Below the pieces are notes generated by a model. The model was not told where the DNA came from. It searched no databases and saw only the letters and a list, made by a program, of their open reading frames with translations. The position numbers and the translations under genes are program-made. A stretch of DNA of 49,024 nucleotides, the filler included, from Basidiobolus ranarum (lineage: Eukaryota): the NCBI GenBank assembly GCA_040143965.1. It is 2 parts of 2 records of this genome, joined end to end, with 100 filler letters (N's around TTAATTAATTAA, not from the genome) between each part and the next. Parts side by side here need not be neighbours in the genome. Positions count along the whole stretch, not along the records: positions 1 to 24,485 come from JASJQH010000152.1; 1 more part is not named here. The stretch is one strand, 5' to 3'. Below are positions 1 through 16,702 of this stretch, in pieces; positions within the stretch are counted from its first letter, which is position 1, and each line of letters opens with the position of its first letter.

Positions 1-1018
1 AATTGAAGTCGTCATATCCAGCAAAAAGAAGCCTTCCGGATACAGAGAAACCGACAGACGTAATTCCGCAAAGAATGTTATCGTGGGCGTATTGATTTAA
101 TTCACGGTCAGCTCTCAAATCAAATAAGCGACAAGTTGTATCATCAGATCCAGTTCCGAAGGCATCTCCATTCGGGAAAAATTGAACTGCATTGATGTCT
201 GATTCATGTCCTGTGAAAGTCTGTACACATTTTCCGGTACGGATGTCCCACACTTTAGCAGTAGCATCACAGGCACCAGACACGAAGATGTTCTTTTCAG
301 GTGCAACAGACAAACTAAAAATAATATTTTTAGAACTCTTGTCCATATGTCTATAGCTATATATAATATTACCTCATAACATCACCAGTATGATCAACAA
401 AGTCCATCAGTTTAACTCCAGCATCAATATCCCAAAGCATGCAAGACATATCTCCTGAACTTGTGAGAATTTGACGATCACTGAGAAACCTGCAGCAAGA
501 AAGATATCCACTATGAGCACTAAGCTCTCTGGCTACTTTCACAGAGCCTTCTTTAGTTTTAAGGTTATAAATAGAGCAGATATTATCAAGGCCACCACAG
601 GCGACATAGTTTCCTGAAGGAGCATATGCGCAGGTCATAACCCATGAAGAACGAAGAGGGATAGCATGTATTTTGTTGGTGGTGTACGCGTCCCAGACAA
701 TCAATTTACCATCTTGGGAAGCAGATACTAAGTGACGCTCATCGTTTGCCCATTGCATAGCGTAGATTTTGGCAAGATGGCCTTTGAGAGTACGCCGAAC
801 TTTCATGACAATCCTAGGGAGAGGTTCAAGCTCAGCAGCAACCCCTTTAACTAAAGTTTTGAAAGAGAGATATAAGAATGAAAAATATATAATACAAATA
901 CAAGATCTTAAGACTTACGAGTCGTATCCGCTAAGCTGTCTTTTTTTTGCTTTATTTTCTCTTTAAGTTGTTCAGCCTCTCTTCTGGCAATCGATATCCT
1001 TTCTGCAATATTACTCAT
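1..1018 (-). CDS. GPB1: Heterotrimeric G-protein beta subunit (WD40), 3' end outside window; exons 1018-919, 850-373, 314-<1
   Basis: Spliced translation [23 protein letters not shown]...[16 protein letters not shown]...[40 protein letters not shown], the canonical G-beta motifs; GT-AG introns keep frame. Confidence 0.96.
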
Positions 1019-2175
1019 CTTTCAAATGACTACGTACTTTAGCAAATAGGATTATTGGATATAGGAATGGAGGGGTAATCTCGATTCAACACTATGTTAT
1101 ATTTGAAGTATAGATTGGAGTCTACAACTGGCCAGCACTAAGAGCGTGTTGGTAATTTACAGTTGTACTTATGATGATGTATTAAAAGAGATTGTGAGAA
1201 CTGTAGTATTACTGTAAGATTGCTAGTATGGGGGGCAAATAGAAAAAATTGCAATAAGTAAAAGGCGGTGTATGAGAAAGGGAAAGTAGGTGACTAAAGA
1301 GTATTCAGATTGTGCGGAAACACCAGTTTTGAACCAAAATCGATTGCGAAAAAATGGGGAGGGTACAATTGATTAAAGAGGCTGGTTGCTAGATTTGGAT
1401 TAACCACGAATAAAATATGGCTCACGATCACCTTTTCTTTGACAAACATCAAAGAATCCATCGAACTGGATGATTACGAACTGTGTGTAATAGTACATTC
1501 AGCATTGATTTGAATAGGTCTGTCTAGTTCACGCTTTCTGCTTCTATTTCACTAAATGATGCAACTCTATTCAAGGACCTTGTTCCAAATGCATACTACA
1601 CTTTGAAGGGCCTTTAACATACTCCAGTCGCAGCAATATAATAGTTCCACGAAATCGTAATATTTGTGAAACTAAACATTAATACCATGGCGAATCGTAC
1701 AGGCGGAACTGTTCTGCGAACCTTGTTAATGAAGTGTGCATTTAATATCTGAGCTGATGAGAAGATCAAGGAAATCCCTTAGCAAATACCATGACTGAGC
1801 CTGTAAGATTGCTAGTCCACAAATCATTGTCCATACTCTCTTACCTTACAGTCACTGGTGGTACAATCGCTCGTTGTATCCATCTCCGCTCTAGAGGTTG
1901 GTTGAAAATCAATCTGATTCGTGAATAACTGGAGCCAAGACTTGATCTTGTGTAAATGATCATTGGGATTATCTTGACTGGAGCTAGTTGGTTGGTTCTA
2001 GGTAAATATCGAAAGTCTGCGCTCACCGATAAGAGTGGTTTACTTGCTAACGTATTTTAATCCTCAGCATCATTGCTCTAATTTTCAGTCGTCAAAACAA
2101 GTTACACCTCTGACTTTTCTTTCATAAACAATACACAGTCACTCTCGTTATTCTAACTAAAAAGATAGAATAAAC

Positions 2176-2820
2176 ATGGATATGGAAGACACCCCTCCAA
2201 GTAATTCGGTATCTAATCTTATGTCTTACAAGCTGGCATACGAGCGTAGATATCAAGCTTGGCTAGATTCTACCACTCCTTTTGTCACTGAAAGATGGGG
2301 AGCCTTCGCTGGGATCTTGTTTATTTTTATCCTTCGTATTATCATTGCTCAAGGCTGGTATATCGTGTGCTACGCCTTGGGTATTTACTTGCTAAACTTG
2401 TTCCTGGCCTTTTTGACACCAAGATTTGATCCTGCTCTTGAGGAAGAAATGGAAATGGAAAACGAGACTGAAGAAGGTCCTTCTCTTCCCACTACTTCTG
2501 ATGAAGAGTTCCGTCCTTTTGTTCGCCGTCTTCCTGAGTTTAAATTCTGGTAAGAGGGAGCTATTTGTATCAACTTAGAGTGGCGTAACTTAATTTTTAA
2601 GGCTTTTCTTAGGTACTCCGCCACCAAGGCTACTATTTTCTCTTTATTCTGTACTATTTTCAAGGCTCTCGATCTTCCAGTATTTTGGCCTATTTTATTG
2701 ATGTACTTCATCATTTTGTTTGTACTTACCATGAAACGACAGATTCAACACATGGTCAGATACAGATATCTTCCATTTACTACAGGAAAAAAGCAATATA
2801 CCAGGACCGCTAGCAATTAG
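2176..2820 (+). CDS. RER1: Rer1 Golgi-to-ER retrieval receptor; exons 2176-2549, 2613-2820
   Basis: YIVCYALGIYLLNLFLAFLTPRFDP, EEFRPFVRRLPEFKFWYS and DLPVFWPILLMYF...MKRQIQHMVRYRY are Rer1 signatures. Confidence 0.96.
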
Positions 2821-3559
2821 ATATTCATAAATATTGAAGGACGCCTCACTACATGAAGTTTTCAAGGCTGTTTTGTTTCTCAAGTATCAAAATCTCTTCC
2901 ACCTGCTTATATATTGACTTTCATGTATTAACAGTCTAACGCTCACCTTAATCACTCGTCTAATATCAATTAGAGTTGGAATATTTACATAGCAACTTAT
3001 CTGTGATGATTAGGTTTAGTGGAGAGTACCATTTTAATTAAAAAATTGCAAGGAAAATGCTGTTTGATTTTTGTATGATTTATGTTTTAAAACAGTTGCG
3101 AAAACTTTGAAGACTTGCTGAATAATTTCCCATATAGCTCCATTGTCACGGTACACGAAGAGCATTATTCCCCTGTTCCCAAAAAAGACATCCTAGTAGT
3201 ATTAATAACCAAGAGTTACATATGGCTATTTATACATTTAAAAGATGGACGGTACTCGGGAGACACTCTTTTAGTTTTTCTTACCGCTGTCTTTATCATC
3301 GATAATTCTAATACTCAATAACCCAAATAACCATGATATAAGAGAATTTACTAACTTCCCCATTACGATACAGAGTAATTGCTATTTAATCCCTAGACTA
3401 TAGAGATCTATGTAACTTCTAGTCCAAGTGGATGTAGAACTACTATTTCTTGGTAATTTTTGTTTATTGGACTAGGTGATGGAGTTAACACTAGTTATGA
3501 GTAGCATTGTGTAAATACAATGATATTAAATCTACAGAGATTTTGCTATCTGCATGTAT

Positions 3560-3999
3560 CTACTTACGAAGAGTACAACGACCAGCCTTCTTGGTGATCT
3601 TCTTGGGCTTTTGAGCGGCAAGAATAGCTGAAAGACGACCGAGGGCAGCCTGAACAATTCTTGTTAGTTTTGAAGGCTATAAAAATAATGAAAACGATAA
3701 TGATTTACCTTGCGTAGATCAGCACGATAGCCGGAGCGGGCAGTAACATTGACAACGGTCTTAGCGGCTTTACGGGAGGAGCCAGAGATAGCAACAGACT
3801 GCTTCTTGGTGCTGAGGATAACACCCTTGCCAGAGGGGTTGGCAGAAATACCAACGACCTTGGAGTTAGCCAAACCAGAGTTCTTGAAGGAGTTCAAGTT
3901 GGTGAGGTTATTGGGTTCAGTGGTGAATTGAACGCCATTACGTTTAACAAGGAAGCTAGAGTTATCCTTAACAAGGAGCCAGGTAAGATCAGCTGACAT
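3560..3999 (-). CDS. RPL28: 60S ribosomal protein eL28; exons 3999-3709, 3649-3560 (probable additional 5' UTR intron)
   Basis: MSADLTWLLVKDNSSFLVKRNGVQFTTEPNNLTNLNSFKNSGLAN...YRADLRKAALGRLSAIL. Confidence 0.95.
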
Positions 4000-4422
4000 T
4001 TTAATATCTGTAGAAGTTAATTTATTAGAAGAGTACATTATTAGTAAGGAGGTTCATTTTTACACTACTTAATCCAACTACATTTATCAACCATATATCA
4101 ACGGGAAAACTATACATACATATTGTTCCCCAAGATATTAAGCCGGTTCAAGAAGGAAAGAGTTAGAAACATCGTCGCTATTTGAAAAGGAATTTCAGAT
4201 CCACTCAGTTGGGACCCGTGTAGATGGAAAAAATCGCAACCAAATTTTTATTACTAAGATTAATGAATAAATGTGTAGGCGAAATCCAGTTCAAACCTGC
4301 TCTCGCATGCTACCTCATAGGTTAAATGTTCGAAATGTTCACAAAAAGTGATATTACGACGGATGATATGTGATCTCAGTTGTTAAAAAACTAAACGAGA
4401 CACAACGTTGGCGAGGTCTTTT

Positions 4423-5129
4423 TCATCTAGACTCTTTGATAGCTTCTAGCAATCTTAGCGAGGATTGTGCCAGCTCATTAATGGTATTAAAGTTTTCTAT
4501 CGTTCGCATGATTTCAATCACCTCCAATCCATCATGAAGATCAGAGTTAGCTATATCTACTGATTCTTTGAGGTTACGAAGATCTTTCTGTTGTGTAGAG
4601 TATTAGCTTAGTGACACGATTAATCATGTGTTCTAGATGTACTCACCTTTTCTCGAACAATTTGAGGTAGCTTACGGTGTATTCTATCGTTGGTTCTGTA
4701 CATAAATACAGAGGTATCATTGTATAGAGTGTGTATAGTGCTGGAGAAACTGGAACTTACTATGGTAAAGAAATAAATTTAAACACAACTGAATAATACC
4801 ACATGGAATTTACACTAGCCAGTCCTACCTTTCTTCGCCTTATCTTTTACATGAGTATCTACTCCAGTATTATCAACCGAAACATTTCTCCTAGCTTCTG
4901 GATTCTTCGAAGTAAAAATATGATTTAGATTCAGTGTAGCAGACCAGCCCTCTACGCTGTCTACATTGGGTTGAAAAGGGGTTGCAATCACTGGATCTAT
5001 GTTTTGTACAGAGGATAGGTGTGTACCCGAGGGTGAAGGTAAGTACGTAGAAAAATTGAGCATAGCAGGTGTTGGTGAACGCATCCTTTCACTTATTTCA
5101 GGCTTTAGCACCTCGTCCAAGTCTGACAT
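4423..5129 (-). CDS. BORCS8/MEF2BNB-like coiled-coil protein with a ~90-aa low-complexity N-terminal extension; exons 5129-4829, 4759-4647, 4587-4423
   Basis: Manual splicing over two GT-AG introns gives KDKAKKVSSSFSSTIHTLYNDTSVFMYRTNDRIHRKLPQIVREKKDLRNLKESVDIANSDLHDGLEVI..., which resembles recalled BORCS8 ([38 protein letters not shown]). Confidence 0.65.
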
Positions 5130-7225
5130 GGTACAAGCTTAAGGATATCAATTGTGATAAACTTTACTAGTAGTTTCCTATAAATGACATCATGGATTAA
5201 GGGGTTATCAGATATTCAGGAATGCGATTTACACTTTTGGGTGTTGCTCCTGAAAAACTCGATCCTGGACATGTTAATTTCCCGAAGCCAAACTGAAAAT
5301 CAATGTAAATGGGAATTCATATTGTATTGCTCTATACACAAACGTTACAAAGCCCATTTGAATACATAGCAATTCGTTTGATGCGATTTATTTCATATCA
5401 CATATATTTCCAAAATATGCCAACGGTAACGATTTCACGCAGTCTCTTCCGACTCGAATATTTATCATCGTTATCCTAACGAAGATCAAATAATCCGACA
5501 GCAGAATCCAATAAAAGGAATAGGTGTGCTTACCAATGAAAACACTACGATTAGTGGGGTGAACAATGCGAGAAGGTGAGATACAGAGCTATTTTATGCA
5601 GGGATGGCGGACATCTGCGCTTACTCATTTAGCAACACAAATAGTATGCAGTCATATCTTGACAAGGGGCTCAATAGCATAATTAATTAATAGTACTCCT
5701 AAGAATCAGAGCAGGAATCACAGTGAAGCTATTCACCAAAAAGATTGATTTTCAAGGTATTTTTTTCAAAAATTTCATCGAGTATAAATCCAATCACACC
5801 AGTTACTTTTATCTTGGTCAAGAGAAATCAAAATGGCCCTTAACTGGAACCTCATTGGGAGCAAGGATGTCCATTTGGAAAAATCTCGGAGACTTAGGGC
5901 CAATGGCTGGGTACTGGTTTAGCTTTCAAACAAGCATGGTCATTGTATTGTTATATTTGGCATAGTAAGCTCTTGAAAATGCGAGAAAATACCCGAATCG
6001 GTCAACTTGACGACATCCACATGTGCTTGAAAGCAGATGGCTATAGTAACATAGTAAAATATGTTTCTTTACCGACGTTACAATATTACAAGTTGCTTCA
6101 TAAGTACATAGCTCTGCCCATTGAAACTGCACACACGTCAACTATTATTTATCGGTAATTGGCAATCGCCTAAATCTCAACACATGCTTTGAATGTGATT
6201 GGATAATGTCAAATGTGCTGCTACTGTGGATATTCCCTGATTAGCTATGTGTATACACATTGATCAACCAACTTAGAGTACCAAGTATACGAATGACTTT
6301 GGGTTGGAGCAACCTCAACAGAGTGGAGGTTTCAACTACAGTGTTAAACTCCAAGCATGCAGATAATATACCTATAATGGACTTTCGAATGCTATATAGT
6401 AGTTTGATTTGCTTTCTACAAATAGCATGTGCTGCTAAACAATCTGGAATGTATGCGATATACTTTCAATCTGGGATTGCATGTGTAACAGGATAAAGTC
6501 TAGTTATATTGTAGTAAATAACCAGACTAGATTAATTAATTTAATTTGATGAAAACACATTCACTAATCCATCAATCATGTAGCTCTTGGCTGTATATAT
6601 ACCTATATACTGCAAGCGAGAGGATATGTTTCGATGAAGGAATCTGTTGAATCGTAGCGGCTTAGACTTCAACGAGTAGGGATGTCCTAATGCGTGTGCC
6701 CAATTCATGTCAGGGTTATTTCTAGTAGGCTCATGCATCAAATGTATTCTTCTGCTGTAACGTTACTTTTCACCGAGATACCATAAAGCAACAGGATTTT
6801 GTAGCAGTTGAGTATTTTGCATTCTATGATGTTCTCTCCAGATGGGGACAGGATACTCTGGATCTTTGTGGCTGAATCTGACCAAATTTGTATCTCTATT
6901 TCAATTTTGAGCCAACTTTGTGACGTCGCTGTCTACGTCATGTGTAAAATCAAATACTTGTATTCTGTAAGAATCGAAAATTGTAGAAAAGCTACCTTGA
7001 ATTTTTTCCAATCATTCATTAATTAAAATTGTTTAAATAATAAATTTATGTACTAGATATGAATTACAAGCCATCCGTTTTATCTCATCTTTCGTTGAGC
7101 CCATTTTTTGTAGAATTTCTCATATATCTTATTGTATTCTTCAGTCATAAAGGTTAACAAAGGTAACAATATCAGTAGTTACACTGAAGAATTGCCGTTC
7201 TAAATCTTGACTTTATAGTGAAAGT

Positions 7226-10200
7226 ATGTCTCTCGAAGAAGTTGGAAAGAATGTGATTATAGCGTCACTTTTTCTTCCACAGACAATTTCTTTTAACTGG
7301 GAAGATAAAATTATCGCAACCACAGAAAATACCGCCCAACCTCAGCATAGTCGTTCAAAAATTACTGTAGATAACTTTCGAAATGAACCTCAGTCAAGTT
7401 TAATTGAACGAATGATACAGAAAAAAAAGGAACTATCTGATCCCAGACCGGAAAGAGATTTCCGCATTCCTCGTAGTAGGAATACTTCTCCCACTCGTTC
7501 TCCTACACCTACACCTCCCGTATCAGTAACAGAAAATAAACCATCCCCCAAAAAGCATCAGAGAAGAAAGTCTGTCTCTGCCAGTTCTCCCGATTCGCCC
7601 TGGGCTGTAGTACCTTGTTCGGTTGGAAACATCGGACTACACAATGCTGTGAATTCCATTGCTGACAATTTGGGAACTAGAACTTGGATCGGTACTTTGT
7701 CTATCTCAACTGAAGATCTCAGTGATAAAAATTGTCAAGCTATAAAAGATGAATTGAAGGATAAATATGATTGTCACCCCGTCTTCCTTACTGATGCGGA
7801 AATGGATGGCCATTATAACAAATTCTGTAAACAAGTAGGATGAAGTATGTAATATGTATAACGAACCAGAGCTTAACCCTCTGCATATTCACAGGTTCTT
7901 TGGCCTATGTTTCATTACATTCTACCTGAATACCCTCAGTCACTTGGATATGAGGATGAAGCATGGCAGCATTGCCTTTCAGTTACCAGAAAATTTGCAG
8001 ACGCTGTTGTTGAAGTATATCAACCTGGCGATATGAGTAAGTAGTCAATAGCGTATCAATTACTTTTATGTTGTAGATATTAATCATCAAAAATTAAGTT
8101 TGGGTCAACGATTATCATTTAAAGCTTTTGCCAGCTATGCTACGCGAAAGAATTCCTGAGGCTAAGATTGGCTTCTTCCTTCATATCCCATTTCCTAGTT
8201 CTGAAATCTTCAGATGTCTTCATGGTAAATATCATCATGTTTTTAATGCAAATACATCCTTTCGCTAATTCAGAAATGAACAGTTCGTCGACAAATCTTG
8301 GAAGGTGTGTTAGGTGCTGATTTGGTTGGATTTCAGGCAAGTCGACTGTTTATTATCATAATCCTATGAGATGTCCTAACCAAGATACTACTTTAGACCT
8401 ATTCGTTTGCTCGCCATTTCCTTGAAAATTGTAGTAGAATTCTATCTTATGAATCATCTCCAAAAGGAATTCAAGTTGATGATAGATTTATTTCTGTTGG
8501 AATCTTCCCAATTGGTATTCCACTTCGTAAGTTTATTATAGTAGACTCTTGCTGATATTAACTTAAACCTATAGGTATTGACGCTCAAAAACTGAATGAA
8601 AAAAGGTTAGAGAATTGGCTATATATATTGTTTCTTAAAACTAACCGTTAAACCCTTAAAAGAAACAATCCCGATGTAATGGAAATCGCAAGCTCCTTAA
8701 GAGAGAAGTATGGCGATAAGAAATTAGTAATTGGTAGGGACAAGCTTGATTATGTCAAGGGTGTGAGACAGAAGATGCTAGCATTTGAGAAGTTCCTGAA
8801 TATTTATCCGGACTGGAGAGGAAAGGTACGCAAATATCTATGAAGTTCTTCAAGAGTAATAGTTATTTACATGATTACTGTTGTATATAGGTCAGTCTTC
8901 TGCAGGTCTCTTTACCCACTGCTGAACATAACGAACTTCAAGGACAAGTCTCCGATATTGCCTCTCGAATCAATTCTAAATATGGCAGTCTATCATATCA
9001 ACCCGTTATATATCTACACCAGGATATTGATTTTAGTCAATACCTTGCACTTCTCACTGTTGCCGACTCTTTTATGATTACATCTCTTAGAGATGGTATG
9101 AATTTGACGTCACATGAATATGTGGTATGCCAAGAAAAGAAATGTAGTCCCTTAATTATCAGTGAATTTGCTGGCACTTATGGTAGTTTTGGAGCCGCGG
9201 CCATTCGTGTCAACCCATGGGATACCCGTCAGCTCGCAGAAGCTATTAATGAGTCCTTGTCAATGTCTGATGAAGAAAGAGCTTATCGGTGGAAAGAGTT
9301 ACACGACCATGTTATCACCAATTCGGCTCAATTTTGGGCTGAAAGCTTTTTAGATGAACTTGATAAAGCTCATGGCGAACGTCGTAGCTCAGTTCAAATT
9401 CCTCATATCACACCTTTTGTAGTCAAACCTGCGTATCAGAGTAGTCATAAGCGACTTTTCTTTCTTGACTATGACGGTACTTTAGCCCCTTATGTGCGAG
9501 CCCATTCCAATCCTGCCTCGTTTGACAGAGTCAAAAAATTACTTGAGACCTTGAGTGGTGATCCAAAGAACACTGTTTATATTATGAGTGGTAGGACTAC
9601 CTCATCTCTTGACAAGATTTTAGGTAGCATCCCAAGCTTGGGCTTTAGGTAAATTTTTTCATTGATGAATCGTTTTGCATTTAAAGTTTAACTCGGTTTT
9701 TGAATACCCAGTGCCGAAAATGGTTGCTTTATTAAGCACCCTCACTCTTCCAAGTGGGAGCGTCTCCTATCTGACAATGATTTTAGCTGGCAGGGCAAGG
9801 TTAAAGAGGTAAGCTTCTTGACTGCAACTTAGAAAATTAACTCTTACTCAAACTACCCCAAATCAAATTAGATTTTCGAGTATTATACCGAGCGTACTCC
9901 AGGTAGATTTATTACAGAAGTACTTCTTTACAATTAAGAAACGAAGATTGACTTTTTAACTTCAAATATAGGATCTTACATTGAATCTAAGGAGGTAGCT
10001 CTTGTTTGGGATTATCGTTTGGCGGACAATCCATCATATGGGTATACAACATTTATCTTCAGTTAAAAAAACCAAGTTGATATTCAAATTTCTTTTTATT
10101 AGTGCTTGGCAAGCTGCTGAATGCCAGAATCACATTCAAGATTCCCTAGGAACTGTTTACCCAATTCATGTAGTGGGTATTAGTAAAAACCTTGAGGTAA

Positions 10201-10526
10201 AACCCATGCTCTATAACCTAGGTATAAAATTATTGCTCCGCATATATTGACCTACTGTTTTATAGGTGCTTCCACGTTCCGTTTCTAAAAATAACGTAGT
10301 TCATCGTGTGCTTGAATCCAATTCTGATGCGGATTTCATAGTAGCAATTGGTGACGACCGTACAGACGAAGATATGTTCGAAGCACTTGAGAATCTTCAA
10401 TTAGCGCAGCCAGATAAGACCATTTTCACTTGTACTGTAGGATTAAAAGCTACCCAAGCAAGTTACTTTGCCAGTAGTGTAGGTGCAGTTCTCTCGTTCC
10501 TGTCTGGACTTCCAGAACAGCAGTAA
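7226..10526 (+). CDS. TPS2: Trehalose-6-phosphate phosphatase (GT20/TPS-like domain plus HAD phosphatase), multi-exon
   Basis: [48 protein letters not shown]; intact HAD motifs FFLDYDGTL and [17 protein letters not shown] (rather than VDRLD) fits the Tps2 class. Confidence 0.9.
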
Positions 10527-10802
10527 ACATTTGAGGTGCATGATGTACATTCTCTGTTATCTTCGTTTTCTAACATAAGCCAATAATCATTGCCAACCCT
10601 TTTGCGTAGTAAAAATAGCATTAATAAATTAAAACAAATCATAGCCTAAAAACAAGTGCATATCTTGTCTTCATAGTACTTACCGCCAATAAGATAGCTA
10701 TATAGGGTAGTTGTTGATAACTGTCTAAAAAATATTACCATGAAGAGACAATGAATCGAAGTTAAATTAGCTTTTTATTATGAGGTTCAACTACTCGAGG
10801 AT

Positions 10803-11314
10803 TTAAGCAGTCTTGGTAGCGCTAGGTTTTTTGCCATCACGGTCAAATCTAAATCTAGGAGGAGGGGTTCTAATTCTACGACCAACGCAAGAACGAACAC
10901 GGACAATATGTTGATGAATAGCGCAGGAAATGCAATAGTGCAATTTGACATACAACTTGGGAAGAGCATATTCAGCATAAACAGAAGCTTCCTTAAGATC
11001 ACGAACGGCAGCAGATTCGACCATGTTACGGATAGTGAAGCGCTTAATGGCCTTATCCTTAGGAACACAACGAGCGCAGTTTACACAACGAACAGGCTTG
11101 ACGTGCCCGCGTCCACTCTTGTTACGTCCGTGATTTCTTCTCTTTGTAGTCTGCAATGTATATAAACTTTAGATATTTGCTTGCTAATAGATCAGGCATA
11201 CTGCTGGAGTTTAGTTCATTGCACATCTTGCGAAGAAAGTATGCAATATCTCGAACTTGGTTTCTTGCCCATCCATCCAAATAGTAATATACTAAAAATA
11301 TATTCACTTACCAT
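10803..11314 (-). CDS. RPS26: 40S ribosomal protein eS26; ATG-only first coding exon 11314-11312, exon 2 11150-10803
   Basis: [36 protein letters not shown]...[16 protein letters not shown] followed directly by GTAAGT. Confidence 0.97.
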
Positions 11315-11831
11315 GATTGCTCAAAGCCTGGAATGGAGGAAAGGGGAGATCCAACTGGGGATTCAGAATTTTTATTTCATATTGTGATCAGTATTCGGAG
11401 CCGTTCATTTTTCTGACCAATCATTTCATACTTATTGATACCTTGACATTCAAGCCCACTACACATTAAAACTCTACCAGTTGCTTGATGTAAATGTCTA
11501 TCCCATTCAAGCAATCTATCGTAAGATATTCCGAATAAATGCCTAACCAGAAAGGGGCTTTGAAACCACCACATTTCTCCACTATCATGCCTCATCACTT
11601 CTCTCTTCCCACTGATAGCTGCAATCCCATTGCTGTATTGCTCTGGCTTAATTTCAATATCAAATCAAATTGTTTTAGGAGCGATAGGCAATAGGTTTGC
11701 TGGATACTATTAAGGTTATTTATTATATATATGGGCTTACATATTCAATGCGCTAATACGATGTAAGGTATATCATAATTTCGCCCGGAATCATCTGAAG
11801 CCCATTCAGGAAAGAGGGTTTTTTATCAATG

Positions 11832-11941
11832 ATAAACATTTGATATGTAAACAATACAGTCCTTGAAATCCAAAACGCTGACTCGGGAACTGTGTTTTCT
11901 TTCAGCAATGTTATGCTTGAAAGTATTTTGTTTTGGTTGAT
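11832..11941 (+). promoter_or_regulatory. Promoter block of forkhead paralogue 1: ATAAACA (11832), GTAAACAA (11847), ACTCGGGAACT (11881), TTTTGTTTTGGTTGAT (11926)
   Basis: The last three elements recur in the same order upstream of paralogue 2; RYAAAYA is the forkhead consensus. Confidence 0.55.
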
Positions 11942-12277
11942 AGTTTCTCGTGGGTTTACTTCACAAGTTGTAAACCATTTCCTCTTTAGAGCTCTTACCT
12001 CAAAGCAGATAGACTAAGTGAGATATCCTGAACATTTGTTCACTTAGACTTGAACTTTATCATATTTTTTCATTTCATACTCATCCCCTATCCAAACGAC
12101 TAAGCGTTAATAGTTATAAGCCTGTTTTCACTTCGCTACTGCTGTGTATTCGTGTGACAACATATCAATACTCGTATACTTGTCATATTCGCAATCCTTT
12201 GTGTTAACATACGTGCAGTACACGTATTTTTCTCCTGTCAATCATTGATCTCAAATTAACTCCGAAATCTGTTTCTA

Positions 12278-13814
<1,537 letters not shown>

Positions 13815-14852
13815 AACCCATTCGAGATTCCCAAACCAAGTGTATATTAGAATATCCAATAGGATGATTAAAAACTGAGTCTCCAAACGCACCTTACAAT
13901 GACGCTCTTGTATTTAATACTTTCAGATGAAGCTCGTTCGTTTATTGTTAATTAATATTTAGTTGCGGTATTACATCGTTTTTGATTTTTACAGTTTCAC
14001 CTCGAATATTGAACACGTCTTCATGGTTTCCTAAGCATTCCAACAATACCTTAACTTAGTTTCCATTTCTTCGTATCGTGAATAAAAATCCTCCAGCTTC
14101 ATGTTAATAATCGGTACAACTCTTACAGATGGGATACACTTCTGAATGCGGATGTTGAATCTCTCAATGAGAAATCAGGGTTTCGTATTATCGGCTTCAA
14201 TGGTATTTGAAGCTTGAATGGGGCTATTATGATATTTGGATTAAGCTTGTAGATGTTTGATAAATCCCCTATATTTGTATCTGGACAATACATAGAGAAA
14301 GGCTTTTTCCACCAAAGGAGAAATCAGGCATATTAGTTACATCATTATTGTTTGCGAAGTTGTTTGCATATTTGACCGTTGGATATATTGCTGTCGACCA
14401 TGTACTAACGCAGACCATTGTTTTGAATGCTATATTATGTTTGCTGAATTAGCACCATGCTCTAGAGCTTCAGGTTTTATTCCATAGTAAAGAAATCATT
14501 TTGTTGCAAGGTCATTGCTAAATACACCCTGCCATTTGGTAGTCGAACAATATTTGAGAAGTGGGAGGAATTGCATGTTGAATTGAATAGATACTTAATG
14601 TTTGTTCACATACAGCTTGATAGTGCAAGTAGAAAACTGAGAAAGAACTTTTTAGTACAAGTTCATCAATGTCAAGTTCTACACGCCTGCCTGTTTCTTA
14701 GTATTGTATGCTTTAATCGCTTTGAAGTTGAAATAGATGAAGATTATCCATAGGAAATGTAAGCTTTAGCGAACTATGTAGTTTGCTGATTAACTTCGAC
14801 CAATTGAATAGTTAAGAATTGGAAAACTAAGCCCAACAAATTGGAGGAGAAT

Positions 14853-14952
14853 GTAAACATTGGCTAGTATATGACCACATCTTTACAGTTTACTCGGGAA
14901 CTATATTTTGATCCATTCTAGTTAACTGTAGTCACTTTTTGTTTTGATTGAT
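14853..14952 (+). promoter_or_regulatory. Promoter block of forkhead paralogue 2: GTAAACA (14853), ACTCGGGAACT (14892), TTTTGTTTTGATTGAT (14937)
   Basis: Matches block 11847-11941, with an identical 45-nt spacing between the last two elements. Confidence 0.55.
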
Positions 14953-15201
14953 TGTTCCTTCGTGTGTTCCCCCCTCGATTCCCCTCCCTTTTTGTATTTT
15001 ACTGATATTTGACCTCCAATTCTTATAACCTTCAATATTGTCTCTATCACTCAGACCGTTGCTTCAGGTCTGAACAACTCACTTTCAGTTTCATTACCCT
15101 TGAATGGTATACCATAATTGAGAAACTGTAGTTTATAAATATCTGATTCAACCGTTCTTGAGCACATCTTTTTTCAATATATAATTGAACTAACTATACA
15201 A

Positions 15202-16702
<1,501 letters not shown>

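Noticed and set aside
4280-4310. GTTCAAAC T-loop-like sequence suggesting a tRNA
   Set aside because: No cloverleaf: T-stem incomplete and no acceptor or D-arm pairing
5184-7026. Several 60-80 aa ORFs between the BORCS8-like gene and TPS2
   Set aside because: No recognisable motifs, overlapping frames, several non-ATG starts; probably chance ORFs, although a decayed element cannot be excluded
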